IMG/VR virus record: IMGVR_UViG_3300016476_001223
Location: 1 to 30,796 of that record
DNA: 30,796 nt
Reading direction: 5' to 3' (one strand)
Source: a virus
Lineage: Duplodnaviria; Caudoviricetes
Shown: positions 24,248 through 30,796 of the stretch, piece after piece
Numbering within the stretch: the stretch's first letter is position 1
Layout: the number at the start of each line of letters is the position of its first letter
The notes under the pieces: model-generated
Databases searched by the model: none
What the model was told of the DNA's origin: nothing
The model's input: the letters and a program-made list of their open reading frames with translations, nothing else
Translations under genes and position numbers: made by a program

Positions 24248-25381
24248 TTAAAAACTTTTTTCTATTTTTCTCAATCTTTCAATAATATTTTCATCATAAC
24301 GTATTCTTTCTAATCTTATATTATTTTTAATGCAGAAATTACTTTTAAACTCATCTCTTTTTTTATTTTCTAATAACTTTTCTTCTCCTCCGAAATGCTC
24401 AATCGCATAAAAATGTTGTTTTCCGTCAAATTCGATGCACATATTATAGTCAGGTAAATAAAAATCGAAATATAATTGTCTTTTAAATTTACAATTGTTA
24501 AAGGTTTTTTGTTTGCTAAAATTTATTTTTTTATTTATAAGCCACTTTCTTATCTCTCTCTCTCCTTTTGATTCATTACAATTAGGACAACCAACACCAG
24601 ATAAATGACTGCCTGCTCCTTGCTTAAATTCCCCATGTATTGGGCAAATAATATCAACCTTACCATAGTGATTTGTGTAATTAACAAGGGAATAGTCATA
24701 TTTATTCTCATGTACATCAGTAGCTCTTCTTAAGAAATCCTTCATAGTTAGCTTTTTACTACCAGAACAGGTTCGACAACCCTTCCCACTTAAATGCCCT
24801 CCTGCTTTTTGTTCCCAAATTCCATGTTCTGGGCAAATTATTTTAATTTTCACTTGAGTACCTTTATAATCAACCAAAGAATAATCATATCTATTGTTAT
24901 GTATAAATTTAGAACGTTCTACAAATTCTTCTTTGGTTTTTTGCTGTTGTTTGATGCTATTTTTTATTTTACCACACTCTCTACAGCCCTGTCCTTTAAA
25001 ATGTTTACCTGGAGTCTGTTCAAATAAACCGTGCTTTGGACAAACTATTTTAACTTTAGTTGCAACATTTTTATATTCAACAAGAGAATAATCATATTTA
25101 TTTTCATGAATAAAATTAGAACGATTAATAAAGGTGTCTAGACTTAATTTACTGTAACTACCGTCATCGTTATTTTTTCTTTTTTCGTTATAACATTTTT
25201 GACATCCAGTTCCCAACAATAAAGAATTTGGTTGCTTACTAAATTCTCCATGCACTTTACATATTAAATTAACATTAGAAAAAATATTCTTATATTCAAC
25301 TAATGAATAATCAAATTTATCTCCATGAATTTCTTTTGCTCTTCTTATAAACTCTTCTTGAGTTAATTTTGTTGTTTTCAC
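24248..25381 (-). CDS. homing-endonuclease-like protein with four Zn-binding repeats (DUF723-like) and a PD-(D/E)xK/Vsr-like domain
   Basis: 4x H.x.YDYSLV.Y...I(I/V)CP.HG...G.GC..C; C-terminal FDFYLPDYNMCIEFDGKQH. Confidence 0.85.
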   Translation of the reverse strand: MKTTKLTQEEFIRRAKEIHGDKFDYSLVEYKNIFSNVNLICKVHGEFSKQPNSLLLGTGCQKCYNEKRKNNDDGSYSKLSLDTFINRSNFIHENKYDYSLVEYKNVATKVKIVCPKHGLFEQTPGKHFKGQGCRECGKIKNSIKQQQKTKEEFVERSKFIHNNRYDYSLVDYKGTQVKIKIICPEHGIWEQKAGGHLSGKGCRTCSGSKKLTMKDFLRRATDVHENKYDYSLVNYTNHYGKVDIICPIHGEFKQGAGSHLSGVGCPNCNESKGEREIRKWLINKKINFSKQKTFNNCKFKRQLYFDFYLPDYNMCIEFDGKQHFYAIEHFGGEEKLLENKKRDEFKSNFCIKNNIRLERIRYDENIIERLRKIEKSF

Positions 25382-25420
25382 TTTTGTTTATATATAAATA
25401 TATATGAAAAAAAATAAACG

Positions 25421-25600
25421 TTAAGACCAAGAACTATAAATTCCTTTTGGGGTTGGATTCAGTTTCGGTTTTTTGATTTTAAATGGACTATCATCTGGCA
25501 ACGGTTCTCTGCTTGGCTTAGGGTTCTTAGTTGGTCTTGGAACAACCACTGGAACTGGTAAGATTTCTGGTTGGGGAGATTTATTTATATTACTTTCCAT
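25421..25600 (-). CDS. proline-rich microprotein (59 aa)
   Basis: MESNINKSPQPEILPVPVVVPRPTKNPKPSREPLPDDSPFKIKKPKLNPTPKGIYSSWS; overlaps the end of the upstream gene. Confidence 0.55.
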   Translation of the reverse strand: MESNINKSPQPEILPVPVVVPRPTKNPKPSREPLPDDSPFKIKKPKLNPTPKGIYSSWS

Positions 25601-26652
25601 ACGCTCAATTTTGTTTTTGCCATCACTTTATCATCCATCATATTTCTAAATATTTCTGTCAATTTTTGGTAAGATAATTTAGATAATTTAGAAATAACAC
25701 TTGGTAAATCTTGCGGAACAACATCTACAGTCTCTAATAAATCTGACCAAAGAGTTGGGGAGAGTAGGTAATGCCAAAATTCATTTTCATACTTATCTGA
25801 CTTTGAATAAAAATACCTAAGTTCATCTTCTGTGTATTCTTGAGGTATTTGATGACAAATCAAATAATCTATAACTCCCTTATTTAGTTCGTGTAATAAA
25901 ATAGGAAAGTTAATACCCTTACAGGTAATAGTAGCCCCATCTTCATCTGTATCATTAAATTTAATCTCATTATAACCCTGTGTAAGTTGTTGATTTGAAT
26001 CTATGCTCGACTGAAAACTCTGAGGATCCATTGTCCAAAAAAGAAAATTTACTCCTGCTGTATACTCATCATATAACTGAACAAGCATAGGATTTAATTT
26101 CATTAATTTGTCACGAACAATATAGTATACACTTTTCCAAATGTACATAGATGAACCATGCACAAGAGCGTTTAATATTACTCTTGCCTGTATAGAATCC
26201 CTCATCCCATTCTTTTGTTCTAGGGAGAGGTTTAGAAACGGTTTCGGATTATCATCCTGGTTTGTGTCTAAATCAATTTTTGTTTCAATGAACGCTTGCA
26301 GGTTTACATGATCAGGAACGTTGTATAATTCCTTTATTGTTTCAACTGCTATTCTTTTAAGATCTTCCTTGTGGGGAGATTCTTGTTTTGATATAAAAGA
26401 GAAAAGGCCAAATACTTTTAGTTTGATATCTTTTGTTGTTACATTAGATCCTAGTCTACGTTCAATAATATTGCACGAAGCCTCAAACTCCTTTCCTGCT
26501 AAATATTCTGGTTTATAACTAAATACATTGTTTGCATCTAAAGAAAACATTTTTGAATCTAGCGCTTTAATAATGTTTTTGTGGGGTTTAAATTTCAAAT
26601 GAGATATTGCATTTGAAAAGGCTTTGTTCCCAATGTCTATTTTTTTTGCCAT
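25585..26652 (-). CDS. hypothetical protein (large-phage type)
   Basis: Long ORF (track gives 25585..26661); ATG at 26652 preferred; FPILLHELNKG motif; TAnnTTTG at 26659-26666(-). Confidence 0.8.
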   Translation of the reverse strand: MAKKIDIGNKAFSNAISHLKFKPHKNIIKALDSKMFSLDANNVFSYKPEYLAGKEFEASCNIIERRLGSNVTTKDIKLKVFGLFSFISKQESPHKEDLKRIAVETIKELYNVPDHVNLQAFIETKIDLDTNQDDNPKPFLNLSLEQKNGMRDSIQARVILNALVHGSSMYIWKSVYYIVRDKLMKLNPMLVQLYDEYTAGVNFLFWTMDPQSFQSSIDSNQQLTQGYNEIKFNDTDEDGATITCKGINFPILLHELNKGVIDYLICHQIPQEYTEDELRYFYSKSDKYENEFWHYLLSPTLWSDLLETVDVVPQDLPSVISKLSKLSYQKLTEIFRNMMDDKVMAKTKLSVWKVI

Positions 26653-26677
26653 TAGGAACAAAGTTACAAATTATTTT

Positions 26678-27277
26678 TTAATCCTCCTTAAAATTTGGTA
26701 CAATTTCTTTGAAGTTTGTAGGAATTTCTTTTTCTACAGAAATAATATCTCCAGCCCACGTTCCAACAAATTTATTTTCCCCTCTGAAATCACCACCACC
26801 TCTGCCGTTTCCTGAAGAAGTCAACAAGGAAAGTGGGTGAATCTGCCATCCATCAACAGACGGAACTTTTTTCTTATCAACAAATTCTTTCTTTGTATGG
26901 TTAACAATGAATTGAAACTCTTTTGCTTGTTTTGCTGTTAAAGGTTTTGGAACCAACTCTCTTGCAACATGTTCTCCTTCGTCTGTTGAATCGCACATAT
27001 CGTAGTAATTCATTTCATTTCTCACGTGGTCTGAATAATCACCTGCCCACACAATCGGTGTTTTGTGCCATTCTCCACCCTCAATCAAAAGAGCCTCTAC
27101 ACATAACATCATTTTGTTTTTTAAGTATGAGTGTTCCATCAATTTAAGACCTTGGCCTGTTGTTACGAACTTGCCGTCGTATCTTTTCCAACGACTTTTA
27201 ATGCTATGAGAATAAACAAAGCTCTTAACGTTTTGTTTGTCACTTGTAAGCGAGCATGGTTGAAAGTATTGTCCCAT
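26678..27277 (-). CDS. hypothetical phage protein (MGQY-start type)
   Basis: GLKLMEHSY...IVWAGDY...IVNHTKKEFVD...IHPLSLLT..GNGRGGGD...VGTWAGD. Confidence 0.8.
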   Translation of the reverse strand: MGQYFQPCSLTSDKQNVKSFVYSHSIKSRWKRYDGKFVTTGQGLKLMEHSYLKNKMMLCVEALLIEGGEWHKTPIVWAGDYSDHVRNEMNYYDMCDSTDEGEHVARELVPKPLTAKQAKEFQFIVNHTKKEFVDKKKVPSVDGWQIHPLSLLTSSGNGRGGGDFRGENKFVGTWAGDIISVEKEIPTNFKEIVPNFKED

Positions 27278-27349
27278 TTCTTTAATTGTTTTTATGTTAT
27301 ATTGTTATAGAAATTTTTTAAATGAAAACTTAAAAAACAGGGAGAGTTT

Positions 27350-28249
27350 TTATTGCTCTCCTTCTGTTTCTTTTAAAGAATTAATTTTTGTATCTACTTT
27401 TGAAATCAATTCATATTCTTCATTCTCAATTAACATTTCTTTTAATGTATTTAAGAAAGTATCTGAAAAATGCATGTCCTCATCAAACTCCACCTCTTCT
27501 ACCAATTCTTTTGGGGAGAATATAGTAAACATAGTTGAAATTAAGTTGGTAGCGAATTCTTCATCTTCTGTGTCTGCTATGTAGTATAATAATTGGTCTA
27601 TGCCAATATCTTGAACTTTTGCAGCAAGTGCATATGCCTCTGCAGAACCTCCGTCTGGAATATCTTCTTCAATTATTTGACCAGCCAATAAAGTGACAAC
27701 TCCACAATTATGACCAAAATCCTCATCTGCAAATTCCAAAGTCATTTCCACGTCTGGAAACATAGAAGAAAGTTTTACAACTACAGCCATAGGAGTGCTC
27801 CATGCTGTGTCAAAAATAACAGAGTTGTCATTTGAGCTGGTGCTGTAAGCATTCCATTTTGTATCCCAATTTGCTATGGACCAAGAATACCAATCTTTGA
27901 ATCCATGTTCTGCTTCATTATTAATAGCAACTGCTGCCTCTTCTAAATTTACTCTGTTCTCTTGAACAAGGTAATCTGCAAGTTGTTTACATGTAGTTAT
28001 ATTTTCAGCCTTTACCCAAGCATAATCCAACATAGGTTTTAATTTTGAGTCATCGCCATTATTTAAGAATTTCAACACTGCAATACCATTATCAACTTGT
28101 GAGCCAGAAGTTATTTGTAAACTATTAGGCATAGGAATAATTTTATTGAAGTCTATTGTTTCTTCTTCGCCTTTAATTGTGTTTAAAATTTCTTCAATTC
28201 CTTCGCTTGAAGTTTTGAACGTTAAAATGTTTGTTACATGATTTGGCAT
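27350..28249 (-). CDS. DUF1281/YubB-like (ferredoxin-like fold) protein
   Basis: MPNHVTN...DFNKIIPMP...WYSWSIANWDTKWNA...FDTAWSTP...FADED. Confidence 0.8.
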   Translation of the reverse strand: MPNHVTNILTFKTSSEGIEEILNTIKGEEETIDFNKIIPMPNSLQITSGSQVDNGIAVLKFLNNGDDSKLKPMLDYAWVKAENITTCKQLADYLVQENRVNLEEAAVAINNEAEHGFKDWYSWSIANWDTKWNAYSTSSNDNSVIFDTAWSTPMAVVVKLSSMFPDVEMTLEFADEDFGHNCGVVTLLAGQIIEEDIPDGGSAEAYALAAKVQDIGIDQLLYYIADTEDEEFATNLISTMFTIFSPKELVEEVEFDEDMHFSDTFLNTLKEMLIENEEYELISKVDTKINSLKETEGEQ

Positions 28250-28308
28250 TTTATCTCTTTTTTATTTGTTTATACTATTATAGAAAAATTTCATTTAAAA
28301 ACTTAAAT

Positions 28309-28569
28309 TTATTTTTCAAGTTCTCTTAATTGTTCTGACAAAATTGGACCTATGTGTTGGAAAACTGACTCTGGTCTATCCCAGGTTAATTCTGCAACCT
28401 TTACAACACCCTCAAACCAGGGTCTAAACCATTCAGAATTATTTTTAAGAATATCAGCAATTTCAATGTACTGATATAAGTGAAACAATTCTCCTTGTGA
28501 ATTGCTGCGAAAAATTCTTTCACCATAATCCTCTATATTTAAAACTTGTAAGGCTTCTTTAAAATTCAT
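28309..28569 (-). CDS. hypothetical protein
   Basis: 86-aa ORF with the TTAAGT-N16-TCTATA motif upstream (28596-28623). Confidence 0.7.
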   Translation of the reverse strand: MNFKEALQVLNIEDYGERIFRSNSQGELFHLYQYIEIADILKNNSEWFRPWFEGVVKVAELTWDRPESVFQHIGPILSEQLRELEK

Positions 28570-28639
28570 CGTTTATATTTTTAGGGTTATATGTTTATAG
28601 AAATTTTGTTTGAGAAAACTTAAATTTTATTTAAAAAAA

Positions 28640-28731
28640 AGTAGTGCAACCTTATACGTTTTAATACCTCCGTTGCTTGGTCTGCTATGCTTTCGCAGTG
28701 AACATTTTAAGGTGCAGTTTGTCGCACTACT
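28640..28731 (-). ncRNA. putative structured RNA
   Basis: GC-richer intergenic fold: AGTAGTGCGAC/GTTGCACTACT outer stem, CCTTA/TAAGG, TGC-GAAA-GCA on the minus strand. Confidence 0.45.
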
Positions 28732-28758
28732 CTGTATAAATAATGAGGGAGAGCTTAA

Positions 28759-29067
28759 TTAAATGTGGCCTAAAAATTGGCTAGGGAAAAAACTATCATG
28801 TTTGTATCCAGTTTCATTTTCTTTTAACATTCTGAAACCTTTTACCAAATCCCCACAAACTTTCTTTGCATCTTCATTGCGCAAATCTGTTTGGTAATCT
28901 TCTTTACCGACCATTTCTATCACTTCTAAGAACATTCTAATGGTTGACTGCTGTAAGGTTCTATGCTGTCTACGAAAAGCATCTTTAAAGCCTTCTTTGT
29001 CAAATCCATAAACATTAACGAAATTTGTTATGTCGTTCATCAATTCTTGTGCTGTTTTTCTTTCCAT
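28759..29067 (-). CDS. hypothetical protein
   Basis: 102-aa ORF with HRTLQQS motif; nested promoter motifs upstream. Confidence 0.75.
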   Translation of the reverse strand: MERKTAQELMNDITNFVNVYGFDKEGFKDAFRRQHRTLQQSTIRMFLEVIEMVGKEDYQTDLRNEDAKKVCGDLVKGFRMLKENETGYKHDSFFPSQFLGHI

Positions 29068-29120
29068 AATTTTAAGTTTTATATGTTATACGATTATATA
29101 GAAACAAAGTGACAATAAAC

Positions 29121-29531
29121 TTAAATTTTTTTAGAAAGAATTTCATAAATTTCTGCCAGGTTTCTTGGAATGGTGCATGACTTGCATTTTTTATAGAAGT
29201 CATCTTTATATTTTGGGTATTCTGTGGTTAGGATCATTTCTAAATCAGCATTGTCATACACCCTCATAGCTAACTCATCATACCTAATTAAAAGCCTATA
29301 AGCTTCTTCTTTAGAAATAGAACTAAGTTGTTCAGTGGTGAGAGAGGCAATCTCTAAAGAAATAATATCCATAGAATCTACATTTGCATTATAGTCGTCA
29401 AAAATTTGTTGTAAATCTACAGGAAATCCAGGTACTTCTTTTTTTGTGGGGGTTGGTTTATTTAATGTGGTTTGAGCTTCACACGAAAATAAACCAAAGA
29501 ATAAAATAAAAATTAAAATTTGTCTGATCAT
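29121..29531 (-). CDS. putative lipoprotein
   Basis: Signal peptide ending LFSC. Confidence 0.7.
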   Translation of the reverse strand: MIRQILIFILFFGLFSCEAQTTLNKPTPTKKEVPGFPVDLQQIFDDYNANVDSMDIISLEIASLTTEQLSSISKEEAYRLLIRYDELAMRVYDNADLEMILTTEYPKYKDDFYKKCKSCTIPRNLAEIYEILSKKI

Positions 29532-29642
29532 GGTTTTTTTTATTATATAGAAAACGTAACCATTAAAACTTAAAAAAGGGAGAATTTAATTTTCCCCCTT
29601 TTTAAAAAAGACAATTATGAATGAAACTTGAACTAGGTTTCG

Positions 29643-29715
29643 TGGTGGAGGCAGGAGTTGAACGCTGCGACACACGGGGTTTCAAGCCGTTGCTCTACCA
29701 CTGAGCTACTCCACC
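29643..29715 (-). tRNA. atypical tRNA-Phe(GAA)
   Basis: Acceptor GGTGGAG/CTCCACC-A; canonical D-arm; loop TTGAAAC; C-C mismatch at the anticodon-stem base and a bulged T-stem; TATATTTG promoter at 29728-29735(-). Confidence 0.7.
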
Positions 29716-29765
29716 AAATTTGATAAACAAATATAATCAGGGAGAGTTTAAAAGTAAATAAAAAA

Positions 29766-30233
29766 TTAAGAAAAATGAAACATAAATTTATTTGTGTTTG
29801 GTAAAGAAATAAATTCACCAAATTGTTCGTCTTCTCCTTTTTTAAATATTTTAATGAAATGTGTTCCACCGCTCATCTTCATCTCCTGTTTTTCAAATCC
29901 AAGCATTCTAATTAATGAATAAGCTTCTAATTTTTCTATTTTTCTTCTGTATGTATGTAAATTTAGTATCACTTCTTCAAACGTGTCGTATGACAAAAGT
30001 GATGAAACATAAACACAAGAATTTACGTAATCATCTTGCGTTGAAATAAATTCATTTAAAATAGAAAATAAGTACATAGCATTTTCTTTGTCATTTGTAT
30101 ATACTCTTCCAAAGTTTGAGGTAGAATTTGCTACGTCCACGCCGTAATTTTCTTTATCTTTAAAAATAAGTACGTATAATGAATCTTTTTTGTATTTATG
30201 TTTTTCCTCTGTAATAATTCGAAATGTTGACAT
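29766..30233 (-). CDS. hypothetical protein
   Basis: 155-aa ORF. Confidence 0.7.
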   Translation of the reverse strand: MSTFRIITEEKHKYKKDSLYVLIFKDKENYGVDVANSTSNFGRVYTNDKENAMYLFSILNEFISTQDDYVNSCVYVSSLLSYDTFEEVILNLHTYRRKIEKLEAYSLIRMLGFEKQEMKMSGGTHFIKIFKKGEDEQFGEFISLPNTNKFMFHFS

Positions 30234-30252
30234 TGTATTAATTGGTTTAATT

Positions 30253-30642
30253 TTATAAAAGTAAGTCTATAATCGAGACTTGTTCGTTGGGTAGTGTAAT
30301 AGTAAAGTCGACCATTATATAAGAACGTTCATATCCCTTAAAAGTACATTCTGTTCTTCCTCGGTATGTAAATTTATCATATTCTCTTTTAGGTGTTTCT
30401 ATGCTGTTTCCAAACTTAGAAACTTGTTTTGTGTTTTTTAAAATTCTTTTTATGTTTCGTCTAATTGTGGTTAAATTAAAATCTTTTTTGAGAGGTTTTT
30501 TATTTTTATCCAGATCCAAGTAAACAACAATTTGAAACTCGCCGTATTTGTTGTAGTCATCGACGCTTGCTGAATTGACGCCTAGAATCCCTTCAATTTC
30601 AGCTGATACTGCTTTTGCTATATTTATTTTGTCTTCTATCAT
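30253..30642 (-). CDS. hypothetical protein
   Basis: 129-aa ORF with the TTAAGT-N16-TCTATA motif upstream (30657-30684). Confidence 0.7.
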   Translation of the reverse strand: MIEDKINIAKAVSAEIEGILGVNSASVDDYNKYGEFQIVVYLDLDKNKKPLKKDFNLTTIRRNIKRILKNTKQVSKFGNSIETPKREYDKFTYRGRTECTFKGYERSYIMVDFTITLPNEQVSIIDLLL

Positions 30643-30796
30643 ATTGCTTTTTATTATATAGAAAAACTTAATCCATAAACTTAAATTTTTTTTTATTTAT
30701 TTTTTTTTAAGTTTCTTTTCTTTTTCTTTCTATAAGTTGGCTTAAAAATAAAGTTTTGTTTTAAAAAAAAAGGAGATCAAACTCCTTCTTTGTCGT

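Noticed and set aside
2035-29869. Shadow ORFs in the track (e.g. 2035-2223, 3543-3731, 3715-3948, 6011-6283, 7559-7877, 8628-9007, 10664-11029, 12222-12461, 12664-13086, 16181-16554, 18129-18359, 19697-19894, 20256-20444, 22554-22802, 24794-25091, 26321-27584 plus-strand ORFs, 29633-29869)
   Set aside because: They overlap better-supported genes or tRNAs in another frame or strand and have no recognisable motifs.
1-30796. Stop-codon reassignment
   Set aside because: Genes are densely packed under the standard code, and TAG and TGA end genes at sensible positions.

Overview
AT-rich, gene-dense segment of what looks like a large tailed-phage genome. The host is probably a Bacteroidota: there are TAnnTTTG-type promoters, A-rich start contexts with little Shine-Dalgarno signal, and lipoprotein-like ORFs. 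A plus-strand arm (1-13840) and a minus-strand arm (15494-30642) converge on a ~1.65 kb ORF-free region. That region opens with a compact type V-F-like CRISPR locus: a 439-aa Cas12f-like nuclease with an intact RuvC triad upstream, a promoter-driven structured tracrRNA candidate with a split anti-repeat, and a 4-repeat/3-spacer array, with no cas1/cas2 in the window. It continues with DnaA-box, IHF-like and parS-like sites. Other notable structure: (1) an integron-like cassette array with non-canonical attC-like hairpins at 1-1031, one of which is read through by a gene; (2) a four-member paralog family built from near-identical nucleotide arms around unrelated variable segments; (3) tRNA-like RNAs without an anticodon loop; (4) four tRNAs, including Leu(AAG); (5) a phage ECF sigma factor with 12 matching promoters; (6) a second bipartite motif in 18 copies; (7) a strand-polarised GGGAGAG motif; (8) several unannotated microproteins and small-RNA candidates. 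Family assignments come from motif recognition by eye; no database searches were run.
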